From Azolla caroliniana (taxonomy: Eukaryota; Plantae; Polypodiophyta), in NCBI GenBank assembly GCA_043228905.1, contig JBHGNT010000001.1, positions 16,306,001-16,370,000 of the forward strand: a DNA stretch of 64,000 nt. Direction: 5' to 3'. The position numbers and the translations under genes were made by a program. Below, piece by piece: positions 50,313-64,000 of the stretch. Every line of letters starts with the position of its first letter. The stretch's first letter is position 1. The notes below the pieces were generated by a model. It ran no database searches. It was not told where the DNA came from and was given only the letters and a program-made list of their open reading frames with translations.

Positions 50313-51699
50313 CCAGTTGTCTAGTGTTACTCCGGTAGACACAAAACAACATAATATAATTTTCAAAGCAGGCATAAAATATCATGGGGCTGGAATGAGC
50401 CGAACCATAGATGACCATGAGGAGGTATTGTTGGTGGTGCGTGGGAAATGAGACTCGGTGATCTCTGCATTACAAACTTATCAATTGGGCAACACATCCT
50501 GGTCTCTTTTTCTGTCTCTCTATATGTATAATTTATTTGTCTGATAGGCCAGTTTTACTCTCCCTGGAAAACTATTTTTTTTCGAACTAAGCATATAATA
50601 TCGTGGGGGTGCAATGAGTTGAAGTACAGGAGAGCAAGAGGATGTATTGTACCAGTATATCTGTAAACCAAGAAAATCCAACGATCCATGAATTTGAATA
50701 CTCGCCTTTTGTCTTGCTTAATTGACAAAACTGATTTAAAATCCCACGCCCAAGACCTTTTTGATAATGTATACAAGAGTCGGTATACAAGAGTCAGTAT
50801 ACAAGTTATATGTTTTGGAAAGAGTTATGTTGTTTATAGGTGTTGTACACACAAGTATTCATAGTGTACTTTATGTACCCATGAGATCATCATGAGGAGC
50901 ATGACTAAGAAAAGAAAGAATCATTGCTGTGTACAGATTTCTACAGACACCATTCCAGAGTACCCTGGTCGGGCTTTGCTGTGCAAGAAGTATTATGAAG
51001 TATAGTATTTGGTAGAGCACTCAAGACAAGATGCTCTGATGCCTACAGATTACGCAGTCTCTGTACCTGGATGGGGGAGACATGGTTTACTTCTCAGGAT
51101 TTCATCGCATCATTGCATTATCATGTACAGCCTAGCCTGTCCATCAACTTATGAAGAAAAATATCATACTGATGCTAGAACATAAACAGACCCTACAACA
51201 GAGTTTATGGGGTGGTATACATGTCTCACCTCAACCCCTTTTCTCTAGCACCTATATATTGTACCTTAGGTCTAATGTTATATTGTACCTTAGCTTTCCC
51301 TAACATACATACATTTTGAAGCTTGATGTCTTTATCCCTATAATTTGTACATGGTTAATTGTATTAAATACTATGTAACTACCGGTTTGACAATGAAACC
51401 AAAGAGACAATTGCATGCCAAGGAGCCAAATCATCCTTGGTAATATGATTGTATTGGGCTCTCTCATGTTTGCCAAACCATCTGAAGAAATCATTACCAA
51501 TTGTAAACCCACCTCATCATTACGATAATTATCATGGATATTTAGGAAACCTAGAGTTTTTAATTTTGTTTTAGTACGGATAACTTGAAGGCAACCATAT
51601 TTATAATCATGGTTTTATCTCATTGGCTGATTTCAGTCTCCAATATGGGTGAGGAAAAAGCAATCCCCTTCCCCAAAGCTTAGAGAACAAGAAAAGTTA

Positions 51700-54240
51700 C
51701 CACTAGAGCTTGAACACTTATACTGCAACTTCCAGATGATGCGAGAAAATTGACTTTCTCAAAAAGCAAGTCACGGTACAAGGGTTGGATGGTCTCTGAA
51801 ACTTTGTGATGACTTTAAAAACATGCAAATCAGGCACAAAACAATGTATGCCACAGATCATCTACACTCAAAGGGAAAGCAAGTCGGTGGTTTACCGAGA
51901 TGGTGACATCATCATCAATGGCAAGGCCCTCAAAGTGGGATTCATGACCTATGAGATTACAGAATCAGAACACTCATTGCAGTGTGGAACTGCAACAGAG
52001 CACTTAGGAGACATTCAGGAAGAAAAAAGAGGCCATGCTAGGACAAGACATCCTCCTCGTTACAGACACATATCAATGCCCTAAGAAACTATTTATTGGC
52101 AATAGAGGGCTTTCAACGGAAGTCCACATATTGGCAAGCTACTAGGCACAGTACACAGCGAAGGTTGGGAGGGATTGCACATCTCTTATGTCAAGCCTTA
52201 CATCTATACATATAGGTAGTGTAGCAGTATGCAGACGCCAAATTTATGTGAATCAAATTTGAGCTCTTAGAGACAGAATTTATGCATTGTGTTATATTAC
52301 TTCCCTCGTATGGTATCAATTATGCAAAACCAAATAACGAAAGAGAGACAAGAAAAGGGAAGATATATTAACATAGTTTAAAATGGCCTATCAGATGAAA
52401 CAAAGATTGCATCTTAGTACATTTTCTCATCTTTGCCCTAAACCCTGTGTAATGCTTTGCCCTTGTTCAGAGTGATCTTGCATGTTCTTCCTTTCAACTT
52501 AACCTATATCATGCTTCAGTCACTTTTGCTATAGTAGTAAATGGGGTGACTAGTCCCTGTTCACTTCATTTCTACCAACCATGACTATAATGAACCAATC
52601 TCAGTTTTTTATAAGCAATGAAAGAGCTTTTCTTACAAATCTGGTCAAATATTTACATGATTTCGTTTCTTTCAGGTATTCAGGGAATTATTTCAAATAG
52701 AAGAAATATTATTATTATGCCTAAGCTAACTGAATTAGTGTTACATGATTTCGTCTCTTTCAGGTATTCCAGGAACTATCTCAAATAGAAGGATTATTAT
52801 TAGGCCAAAGCTAATGGAGTTTATGTTATAGAACTCTCTGGTATTTTCTGTATATTCACATGGTATGATGGGTTAATCACTACTTTACTATTGCTAATGA
52901 TGCCTGTTTCAGAATTCACAAGTGGGCTGGCCATTCCAGAGGTCAAGCACATTAAACTCATTGCACTTCGTTTTTCCTTCTTGAACACGAAATAAACTTT
53001 GGCATGAAGGAAGGAGATATGATTTAATCTCTTGTTTGAAATTCAATAAATTTATGGAGAGGATCCATAACTATGGCATTCTTATGCAAAGAGTTTATAT
53101 CATCTTCGTCCAGCAAGGAACTATCAGACTATCCTGATTGGCTACACAATCACCAAACTTCATGGACTGGTGTTTGAAATGGAATTCAACACTTATGCCG
53201 ACGTTCAGGAGATATGAATCCCAGCCCAAGCAAGATTTCAGTGGGCATTCTCTACCAACGAGGCATCCTTCCACTATGTTCATTGGTAGACCAAGCAAAG
53301 ACACAAAAGAAAAGATCATAAGGCTGCTTTATGGATTTTTTCTAGGCCGTTGATAATGTACCAAATGAGTGTCTCCTATAGAGACTCCATGAACCGAAAA
53401 TTCACTCTGACATGATGTGGGTGATATATGCATTACATAAGAAAGCATTGGGAAAAAAGTTAGGTGTCAAGGGGCTACTAGAGGTCATCACAAGCACCAT
53501 CAGTGTGAAGCGAGGATGCTCACTATTCCCCATCCTCTTTGGAATCTACATCAATGAGGTCACGGACCACATCACATGTGGAGACGGGGAGGGAATTGAT
53601 ATATTAAGTATGTCTCTCCACATTCTTCTTTATGTTGATGACATAATCTGTGAACCTTGGAGAGCCTAAGCCCATGAGCTTCAATAAAAGTTGTCTTCAC
53701 CCTGGCAGGAGGACAAATCGAAGTGGATTCCTGTGTTTATCTAGGAGTCACATTTACAAGCACCGCTAGAAACTTCTCTATGATCAGAGCCAGAAAAGAC
53801 TGGCCCACTTGATGCTATGCAGCTAGCTATTTTCCATGCTCGAATGATTATGTCATCAAGCACATTTCCAGGAAACTCTAACCAAAGAATGGTTATTTTA
53901 CACCATGGTCACCAATGCCCTCATGTACAATGTAGCCATATGCACTCCAGACATCCCCATCCACACATGAGCACAAATAGAGCATTCATTAATCATGATG
54001 TTACCACGATGATCCATAGGGAAATCTTCATCCCACATGAGATCATCCAAGCTGAATTGGCTGCACTCCCCCCATCATCCCCCCCAATCAAGGTAGAAGC
54101 GTTATTGCAGAGTGTGAAATTGATCGACTGGATCTCAAACATGGCACCTCTCTTCTCCCTAAATTTTGATCCTGATCATGGGCTCGACCTTGTCCAATAT
54201 ATTATTTTCGTACTCTCATGGATTTAACAATATATCTACC
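51700..54240 (+). mobile_element. Degenerate LINE fragments in the TAF9 intron (antisense to gene); limits approximate
   Basis: RT motifs VKRGCSLFPILFGIYI and LLYVDD (53505-53645), upstream FFLGR/DNVP remnant; many disruptions. Confidence 0.65.
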
Positions 54241-54498
54241 TACCTCAAAAGAGAAACATGCCCACACATACATACACATATACAATACACACGTAAATAT
54301 ACACACAATACATGTGCATAAATACACCTCAACACACATCCATGTATCCATACATACATACATGCATATTAGCACGTTATATATGTATATTTACACCTGG
54401 ACCAACATACATACATACATATATGCACATACAAATACAACCGCACACACACATATAATAAACATACATACATTCCAAGGAGTTCTGAAAAACCATAC

Positions 54499-54816
54499 CT
54501 CTCGTGGGGGTGGCTGAGAGAAGGACAAGCTTGCAGCCGATTGAAGGGCTAGTTTGAGGTCATCACAATCAATGCAGGACTTGTCGGCATGTTCAGAGTA
54601 CATCTGGGCATCTAGGAGAACGTCAACCACGAACCTGTACCAGAAATCAAGGAACTGATGGATAACACGTGGCTCGTTTTGGTTGGCACCCATGAACCTC
54701 AGGATATTCTGAATCAGCAAAGCATCCCTGGGTATATCTTCTTCATCATCGACATAATGATCATCTCCAACCTTTTCTTCTTCATTCTCTTTCTCTTCAT
54801 CTCCTCTTTCTTCCAT
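54499..54816 (-). CDS. TAF9: TFIID subunit TAF9, exon 1 (histone fold); spliced product 199 aa
   Basis: [46 protein letters not shown], then donor GTATGG (54498); phase 0. Confidence 0.95.
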
Positions 54817-54819
54817 CTT

Positions 54820-54820
54820 T

Positions 54821-54851
<31 letters not shown>

Positions 54852-54865
54852 GTATACACACACAC

Positions 54866-54896
<31 letters not shown>

Positions 54897-55110
54897 TTCT
54901 GTGATCTCTGTTCTGCCTGTTTTACACCCGCATTCAGAAACTACTAATCACTAGGGAGGGAGGGAGTAGTATACATACATACATACATGTATTATGTATA
55001 TATGTATATATATATATATATATATAGTATATATACATATATATGTATATATCGAGGGAGAGAGAGAGCCCATCCCGCATGGTATGTAATATGTATAGTA
55101 TGTATGTATA
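54820..55110. repeat. (TA)n/(GA)n/(TATG)n microsatellites in TAF9 5' region
   Basis: Direct reading of simple repeats. Confidence 0.9.
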
Positions 55111-57849
55111 GAAGAAGATGAAGAAGAAGAAGAAGAAAGAAGAAGTGGTCTCTAATATCTATCTCTCCCTCCTCCTACCAATTCTGGTCTCCTTCTTTGG
55201 CGAGTTCAAAGAAGTGCATTCCATCCATTCACACCACACCACGCTTCATATTTTGCATCCTTATTTATTATCATTATTGTTCTTTTGTTGGCCATGGCTT
55301 TTATAGAAACTTATAGGGTGTTGTCAGGTGGTTCACTCACTCCACGATCATTTTTGTCTTGCTATTTGGTGCGGCAACCGGTTCAAAGGTCTACCACATA
55401 AGGCTGGCCATGATGGCCCAAACATTAGCTAAGGAGAAAACCTGTCCACTTACATGATGACTGGTTGTGGTTTGGTGATCGCTAAGGGTCGTCAATTTTC
55501 AATTGATTGCACACACTTAAGAACTCGAGGGAAGTAAATACAAATAATAGTTATTAGAGAATGCAATATTGAGAGGAGAGACGACACAAATAAACTCTAA
55601 CACAATTTACTTAATAGTAAGGAGTACAAGAATTTGTTAGCTTGCTCTTTTTTTTTTATTGTTCTACTTTTATTAATCTTATTTCAATCACGAAATTGTA
55701 GGGGTTGAACACATGACCTTTTTATTGGACAACCTTGCCTATTGAGATACTTTCTCTCTTTATCTTTGTCTCTCTCCTTCAACACACGTGCACAATGTAC
55801 AATCTCAATTACAACATTCATTAATAAAGTTTTTGAACATAGTGATTCACTCCTCACTATCACATGTACTACGTGAATGTGTTATATATTTTGTCTCTTA
55901 TGTCATATTTGATCTATGAAGATGATAGTAACATCTCAATCTCAATCTCTCCTCTTATGCAAAATAACCCCTAATACTATTATAGGATTCATTTTAATGT
56001 ACTCTCTTTGTTACCAAATTATTCTTACCCTTTCTATGGGTGGGTGATCAAACACGGTTCCTCCATCACTTTCCATATAGTGGTACAATATTAAAGGTTT
56101 AATCGGCCTTTATCGTATTTATATTTGTAGACTTGAAGAGGCCGTTGTCTATGACCCTTGTCCTTCTCTAGAATATATTATATATGATTGTACTTGAGTA
56201 TTATTATATTGATCAAATTATTTTCTCACTATTCTATATTTCATATCCCTATAATTATAGGGAGTCAGTTTACGTTATACAATTTCTATTGAGTGGCTAG
56301 TAGCTAATGCACTCGTAGAATAATGGTAACGCCACATTCTTGTACCATCCATGTTTGCTTATGAGTAAAAAATAATTATTGGTGGCAATGTTGGGTTGGT
56401 AGGCCTTGTTGTCGCTACTTTGGAAACCACGCCCAATTGATAGGTGTACTCAGTCCCCTAGATTGGTTAGATTTGCAAGGGGTTGTGTGTGTAATTCCTC
56501 TAACATTCCCTTGGTTATAAGTAGATTGGATTTGAGAATCATGTAGGTCTTGTTCATAATATTAATTTTTTTTTGAGTTTTGGTCAATGTGGCCACAAAA
56601 AACTTGGTGTATTTGGTCTCAATCTTGGTCTAATTCTATAAAGTACTTTATTTTGTGAGTTACGGGCTAGTTCTCTTGGTTAGCATGGAGGAGATCGAGT
56701 TTTGAGAATGTAGCCAACAAATGGATATCATCTTGTCCATGTTTTGGATCAAATGACAATGTACGACATGGAGGAAACACACGATACGAAGGGAAGTACA
56801 CATGATGTGCAATACATGATGAGAGCCGCCACATGAAGATGCAACACATGATACGAAGAGCCAACATGCAAAGGAACCAAAGTGCATGACCAGAATGTGT
56901 GAAGGGAAACATGAGAGGAATTGTGTGAAAGGGGACACAACACTCAAATGTGTAGTTGTGGAGCACAAAGAGGGCATACACACATATTGTCTGACTAACT
57001 ATATAGTCAGATTCCACCATTCTAAGTGCTTCTTCATCAACATCACATATTTCCATATCTAAATTCCTAGTGGTAGAGTTGATGTAGGATGGGTATCACC
57101 AGTCCAACATGCAAGTAGTGGAGTGCATTGTATCTTGAGGGGACACAATTGGATGGCTTGCATGAGTGTGGAAATTGTAAGAAAACTCCTTTATGTTACC
57201 TGCAAACCATTGATCATGAAGGTACGTTGCATCTATAGTTGGAGTAAGGCAAGATGAATTGTGCATTGATCATGGTTTTGAAGTCTCCTTGGTTGGATGA
57301 ACATAGCATGGTTACCCGCACCTAGTGATATCTTTATTAAGGTTGAAAGCGAGGTCCTAACTATAGAATAGTCATACTAGTGGAAGTATGGATGCTTTAA
57401 TAGAGGTGAAGAGAGGAAAAGTCATAGCATTGTAAATAGACAAAAGGTTGCTTTGATGCATGGATTAAGGATATCGATGTATTTTTTTTATGAAGTTAGA
57501 CTTCATGATCCTGAAAATTCTAACATCAATGGGTTTATTGGAACAAGGACAAGGGGAGGTTTGCCAATTGAAGCGGCATGTAGGGCACATCCTTTTAGAT
57601 GTGAGGTAATTTGGACAAGGCCAATTTCATGGTAAAGGGAAGAAAACAAGGTTCATGTGGATGCTTGATGGGTGGCTCGTGAAGGGGTGATTAACATGTG
57701 GATCCTCAAAAGAGTGATGGCACCAAGGGAGGTTGTGCACTTGGAGGTTTAGTAAACTGATCCGACATATCGTAGAACCAAACCTTGAACCATAAGGGGA
57801 ATCACTACTATAGAATAAGGCCATTTTGTGCTCTCTCTCTCTCTTTTAT

Positions 57850-58390
57850 ATTAGCTTGCCCTACTGGTAAGTCGTTTACACTAGTAACACTACATCTTTA
57901 CACTAGTAACACTACATCTTGGGTTCAAGACCCAAATTTCTCACCTCTGTATTACACCATATATATCTTTATTTCACTAGATGCCATTGTGGAATGTAGG
58001 GGGTTGAACCACTGACCACTTGGTCTCCATTGGGCAACCTTACCAACTGAGCTACATCCATCTAGGCAATTCACTCATTCACTCACACATTTTTATCGTA
58101 ATTAGCTTACCCTAGTGGTAAGTTGTTACACTACAGTCTTGGGTTCAAAACTCAATTTTCTCACCCCTCTATTATATACTTCATACATATCTTTTAATTC
58201 ATTAGATGCCACTGTGGAATGTAGGGTTTGAACCCATGACCTCCTGGTCCCCATTTACCAACTGAGCTCTCTCTCTCTCTCTCTATCGCAAGTACCTTAC
58301 TCTAGTTGTAAGTTGTTACACTACAAGCACTATGTTTTGGGTTCGAAACCCAATTATCTCACCTCTCTATTACATACTTCATACATCTCT
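57850..58390. repeat. ~230-bp degenerate tandem repeat (~2.5 copies) with tRNA-like A/B-box cassettes
   Basis: Recurring ggtaag..ttacacta..ttgggttc(a/g)a..tctcacc..tattac and tagatgcca..gtggaatgtaggg..ttgaacc..ttaccaactgagct. Confidence 0.75.
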
Positions 58391-58760
58391 CTCTCTCTCT
58401 CTCTCTAAAGCTCACACTCAACTCACTCATGCTCATGCTCTCTCTCCAAAACTCATTCTTGAAGTTCTCTCTGACTCATGCTTTTTCCCACTCTTTAGCT
58501 CTTGTGCTCTCTCTAGCAAAAAAAATGTTGAGTAAGGCAAAGAAAATTCTCATCAATAAGCATTATTATTCACAACAATACATAGGACATTGGATGTAAA
58601 ATATTTACAAATGTTCTAGTAATTACAATAATGAGATTTATATGCACTAGTGTGATAAACCTCATCATTATATAACCATGAATTATCATTCTCCTCCCTA
58701 GAGTGTTTCACTTGATCCTCGATTGGATGTGGAATACTTTGGCAGATTTGTTATTCTCCT

Positions 58761-61700
58761 TGTTGGGTATGTGAGGAAGAGTGAGAAACACACAAGAGGC
58801 ACACACAAGAAGCTCAAACAAAGAAGCACTCACACAAGGAAGACAATGGCTGGAATAGCTCTCTCTATTGATGAATTATACAGAAACTAATAGGAGCTGA
58901 AATATATATCCCTAAGTACTAAGTACCACCACATATGAGTGACTCATGTATGTGGTAACATGGGGAAAAAACCTCTAGCTAGCACTAGAGTAAAAAGTGC
59001 CCATGTATAGGGAAAAATGGTTCACATCAAAGCTACTCGAGGAACATGAAAGTGTAACAAACCCCCCTGGAGCGAATGATGTGAACATGTACAAGGAGTG
59101 ACAGATCAACCCCCACAAGGCAATAAGCCTAAAGCTTTGCGAAAAGCTTCAAATTTTTCTCGTGGAAGAGCTTTGGTGAATATGTCTGCCACATTATCTT
59201 GTGTAGGCACATATACCAAATCAATATCTCCTACATGAAGGCGCTCTCTCACATAGTGATAATGCACCTCAATATGTTTGGTCCGTGCATGAAATACGAG
59301 ATTCCGTGCAACAGCCAATGCACTCTGACTATCTATGAGAATATGTGTAGCAACATCAATCTCCATGCAAAGATCCATCAAAAGGCGTCTTAGCCATATA
59401 CACTCCATTGTAGCTGTGAAAACTGCCTTGTACTCAGCTTCACAACTTGATGTCGCCACTGTAGGTTGCTTTTTACTAAACCAAGATATACATGAGTTTC
59501 CAAGGAAAAAGCAATTACCACTAGTGGACACGTGAGTATCGTAACAACCAGCCCAATCACTATCTGTAAAAGCATGCAAGCATGGCTGAGTATCTCTACC
59601 ATAAAAGAGACCCAAGCTCAAAGTGCCTCTAAGATATCTAAGCACACATTTCACTGCTTGCCAATGCTTAGTGCTAGGGTTATGCATGAATCGACTCAAC
59701 TGGGAGACTGCATATTGTATATTCGACCTTGTATTGCATGCATATATATAAGACATCCCACAACTTGTTGATAAAGAGAAGTATCAAATGCATAACTAGA
59801 ATCCTCAACAGAGAACCTAAATCCTGTCTCCACAGGTGTAGAAACTGGCTTGCAATCCTCAAAGTCAAAATGCTAAAGTAGTTTTTCAACATACTTTCCT
59901 TGATGCATAACCATTCCCCCCTCAACGGATACAAACTGGATGCCAAGATAGTAGCTCAAAAGACCAAGATAAGTGACTTCAAAGTATGCTGCAAATCAGC
60001 CATAAGAAAATCAAGTTTTGCTTCACATGACCCAGTCAAGAGTATGTCATCAACATAAAGAACGAGCACTAGAAGATCAGCCCCATCTTTGCGTACACAA
60101 AGTGTGCTTTCAATCGGACTACATGTGAAGCCAAGAGCAATCAAGTGCTTATGGATTTTTTCATACCATGCACGTGGAGCTTTCTTGAGACCATACAAGG
60201 CCTTATGCAAGCGACAAACCATATGCTCTTTCTCTTTCGTAGCAAATCCAGGAGGTTGCTTCACATAAACCTCTTCTTGCAAATCACCATATAAGAAAGT
60301 TGTTTTTATGTCCAATTGATGCATTTTCCAACCTCTTTGGGCAGCCAATGCGGCCATGGTACGAATCGTAGTCATGCGTGAAGTAGGTGCAAAAGTTTCC
60401 TCATAATCAATGCCATATTGTTGTGCATATCCTTTGGCAACCAATCTAGCTTTGTAGCGATCAATACTACCATCAGACTTTCGTTTAATCTTGTAAACCC
60501 ACTTAGTAACAATCACATTCTTTCCTTTTGGCAATTCACATAACTCCCAAGTACCATTCTTATGAATGGAATCCATTTCTGATTGCATAGAACTCATCCA
60601 ACCAGGATCATCACATGCATCTTCAAAAGTAAGTGGCTCCTCATTACATGCTATTGCAACAATAGAATAATCCACAAAATTACTTGATGCATGGCGAGAG
60701 CTTGATCTTGTTTTACCAAGTAAAGGTGCACTCAATTTGCTATCTCGCAAAGTTTGTTTCAGCCACCTCGGCATAGTTTGTGACCTCTCAATAGCCATAC
60801 GTTCATTATGTAATACATCTTCAATATGTACATCATGCGTGGGCTGAATTTCATGCTCATTTTCAGCCACATTTTGTTGCAAATGTTCAGCCATATTTGG
60901 TTGGACATTTCGTGCATTTTCAACACTTATTTGCTGGAAATTTTCATCCCTTTGAAACTCACTTGGCTGGTCTACATGTCCATGTCCATGGTCAAGCGCA
61001 CCATTTTGGAACAAAGGCATGAGTGTATCAAACACATCTTGTGAGTTAACTGTTGGGTGTTTTTTGCATTCAAGAAAAGGGAAACCTGAATTTTCAGCAA
61101 ATACCACATCTCGACTCACAATAATTGTGTCTGTCAATGGATGATACAAACGATATCCCTTACTTTCAGCACTATAACCAACAAATATGCATTTCTTTGC
61201 CTTGTCATCAAGTTTGTAACGTTGTTGTGATGGCACAAGAGCATATGCCAAACAACCAAACACACGCATATGACTAACCATAGGTTTATGTCCATTCCAA
61301 GCCTCATATGGTGTAATGACTCTCAACGCTTTTGTAGGGCAACAATTCAACACATAATTTGCACACATAACTGCTTCCATCCAAAACTTGTTAGGAAGAT
61401 GCTTTCCTTTAACCATACATCGTGCCATCTCTAAGAGTGTTCTATTTTTGCGCTCTGCAACAACATTTTGTTGAGGTGTATATGGCACTGTACATTGATG
61501 TAAAATACCTCTTTCACAAAGAAAAGCATTAAACTCATGTGACATATATTGGCCACCACAATCCGTGCGTAGAGTCAAGAGCTTATTTGCGGAAAAAATT
61601 TCAGCCATAGCTAAAAATTATTTGAAGCAAGAAAAAACTTCATTCTTTGCTTTCATAGGATACACCCATGTATGACGAGTAGCATCATCAATGAAGGTAA

Positions 61701-63948
61701 CAAAATATACATGCTTTCCAAAAGATGGAGTCTTTACAGGACCACACACATCACTATGAACAAGTTGTAATTTTCTTGTAGTGTGTGTATGACGACTATC
61801 TTTTGGAAAAGAAGCACGATGCATTTTTCCAAGAATGCAACCTTCACATGCATGTTTTTCAATGGACTCAAGTGTAGGCAAACCAATAACCATATCCTTC
61901 TTTTGCAAGTGAAGCAAACTATTGAAGTTCAAGTGACCAAAAGGAGCATGCCAAAGCTCCATTTCAGCCATGGAAGAAGTATGGACAACCAAGGCATTTA
62001 GAGAGGCCCTGTTGTATGTATCCAAACGGTACAAGCCATTGCATAATGTACCGGACATCACGATAACATCGCCATTGCTATAATCGTGAACCATGCACTT
62101 ATCATCAACAAAATGTACATGAAGTCTGGCTTTGGGAATCAAAGGAACCGAAATTAAGTTCTTCTTGATACCGGGCACATACAATACATTCTTTAAGATG
62201 ACAACACCTCCATTTGCAGCCGAAAGCTCAATTTCTCCTACTCCAATGATAGGATAAGAGGCATCTTTCAAGGATGCAAAGAAACTTTTGCATGAAGTAA
62301 TGTGCTTTGAAGCGCCACTATCAAAGAACCAATCCGAATCAATCTCACTTACAACCATATATTTAGAGTGCAATGATGCGTCATAATGATATGTAACAAC
62401 ACATGCCCAATAATCTTGGGCCATGTTGGCCTCATCACTCTTTGCACTTGAAACATTTTCAGAAATGGTCATGCCGGATTCCTTCTTCTTCTCATTGCGC
62501 TTAACAAGCTTTCTACACTCTTCAATCGTATGGCCAACCTTTCGACAATATTTGCATCTCTTCTTCTTTTGCAAATCACCATCATTAGAGGAATAAGTGA
62601 AAGAGGGAGGTTGAGGCTTTGGTTTTGAAGAACCAAAAGCTGAACCATGCTTGCTTTTTCCTTTTTGTGAGATAGCAAGTGCTTGTGTTCCCTCTATCAA
62701 ACCACTTCTATTCACTCTAGATTGTTCTTCTTGCAAAAGAAGAGACACAACCTCATCAAATGCATACATATCGGTATTCCCTTTTGCAACCAAACGAATA
62801 GTAGTAGCAAAGCTTTGAAAAGATTCGGGTAATCCTTTCAACAACGTAGAGACAAGTGATGTATTCAAAATGATTTCATCAATGTTTGCCAATTGCTCTT
62901 TCAAATCTTTGATGCGTGTCACATACACATCTACCGACTCATTTTCAGCCATATATACATCCTCAAGTTGCTTTCTCAAATATGCAAAATGTGATTCATT
63001 ACGCACGGCATACAACGAAGCAAGAGTGTTCCATGCTTGTTTGGACGTAGAGCATGACCGAATATGTGGAACTATATGACGCTTCACAGAAAGTGCAATC
63101 AATGCATGAGCTTGAGCATCTTTTCCATCCCATCTAAGTTGCTCTTGTGTGGGTGGCATAGATGAAGTCACTGTGCTCGAAGATGAACCTGTATCTGTGA
63201 CAGTAGACTGTGAAGTAGTAGGACCGGCGGGGCGCCGATCTACATCTACCACTATGTTCCATAGTTGTTTGGCAACAAGAACATGTTTCATCATGTAGGA
63301 CCACATTGGATAGTTAGTCCCATCAAGCTTATCTTCAGGTTGAAGCATGCCAAACAAGTCACCGTTGTTTGCCATTTTACCAAAGAACAAGAAAGTGGCA
63401 AAATCTTACCTCAACAAAATCTAAAATGAGTGCTGAAAATGCAGCTCACAAACTATCACATGGATGGCGATTTTGACTACATGAACGGCTTTGAAATGGG
63501 GGTAAAACAACAAGGTACCTACTGAAAATGAGCTCCAAGTGCTGAAATACACTTCTCTATATTAGGAAGTTGATTTGCATAGTAAAAAGTGCGTGCGTGC
63601 CGCGATGCCACGATGCGGACAACCGAAGATGGAGAGGATGAAGAACTTGGCTCGGATACCACTGTTGGGTATGTGAGGAAGAGTGAGAAACACACAAGAA
63701 GCTCAAACAAAGAAGCACTCACACAAGGAAGACAATGGCTGGAATAACTCTCTCTATTGATGAATTATACAAAAACTAATAGGAGCTGAAATATATATCC
63801 CCAAGTACTAAGTACCACCACATATGAGTGACTCATGTATGTGGTAACATGGGGAAAAAACCTCTAGCCAGCACTAGAGTAAAAAGTGCCCATGTATAGG
63901 GAAAAATGGTTCACATCAAAGCTACTCGAGGAACACGTAAGTGTAACA
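58761..63948 (-). mobile_element. Ty1/Copia element I, full length (related to B)
   Basis: LTRs 63948-63663 and 59059-58761 (13-bp indel, few SNPs); PBS TGGTATCCGAGC 63661-63650; PPT ccaggggggtt; perfect TSD CTCCT. Confidence 0.97.
59106..63375 (-). pseudogene. Copia I gag-pol, disrupted
   Basis: Gag-PR-INT-RT(YVDD)-RH all present; in-frame stop at 61620-61618 and frameshifts near 59980 and 59760. Confidence 0.93.
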
Positions 63949-64000
63949 CTCCTTTGGTCCCAGTGACATTGTTAGTTCCATGAATTTCTTGAAAGTGTAA

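Noticed and set aside
52653-52815. Duplicated ~88-bp segment with tttcAG|GTatt, resembling a recursive splice site
   Set aside because: It is on the plus strand, opposite to TAF9 transcription; treated as a local duplication.
54391-54498. Hydrophobic C-terminal extension of the 141-aa TAF9 ORF
   Set aside because: Read-through into the intron past the GTATGG donor; homology resumes at exon 2.
56660-57824. Short ORFs with ACATGA-rich repeats
   Set aside because: No recognisable domain or splice structure; probably decayed repeat sequence that I cannot classify.
57995-58056. Functional tRNA gene
   Set aside because: A/B boxes are present but I could not build acceptor and anticodon stems; reported only as tRNA-like.
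58756-58760. TSD CTCCT shared by E2 and element I
   Set aside because: Different families and independent sites; a 5-mer coincidence is unremarkable.

Overview
Eukaryotic, land-plant-type genomic DNA; no prokaryotic features. Two host genes are present: the last two exons of an APC7-like gene (46-503, +) and a two-exon TAF9 gene (54816-49657, -, 4.56-kb intron). Most of the rest is transposon sequence. A decayed non-LTR (RTE-like) element at about 1.8-10.1 kb carries two hAT-type MITEs, a 4x164-bp tandem amplification and an RT-less Copia (A). From 10.2 to 49 kb is a deep LTR nest: Copia B contains Copia C (TSD CAAGT), which contains a young minus-strand Gypsy D (TSD GAAGC), which contains two sister Copia elements E1 and E2 (TSDs GGCCC, CTCCT). 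C also holds a solo LTR with tRNA-like cassettes. B is further interrupted by Copia G, which is fused by an apparent deletion to the opposite-strand Copia H. A full-length Copia (I) ends the window. Main oddities: D has the same LTR end at both TSD junctions (next to a 100-N gap); D carries an extra ~940-aa ORF broken by one homopolymer base; E1/E2 split D's intact 1940-aa gag-pol into three open ORFs next to palindromic TATA boxes. All comparisons were made by eye and no database searches were run.
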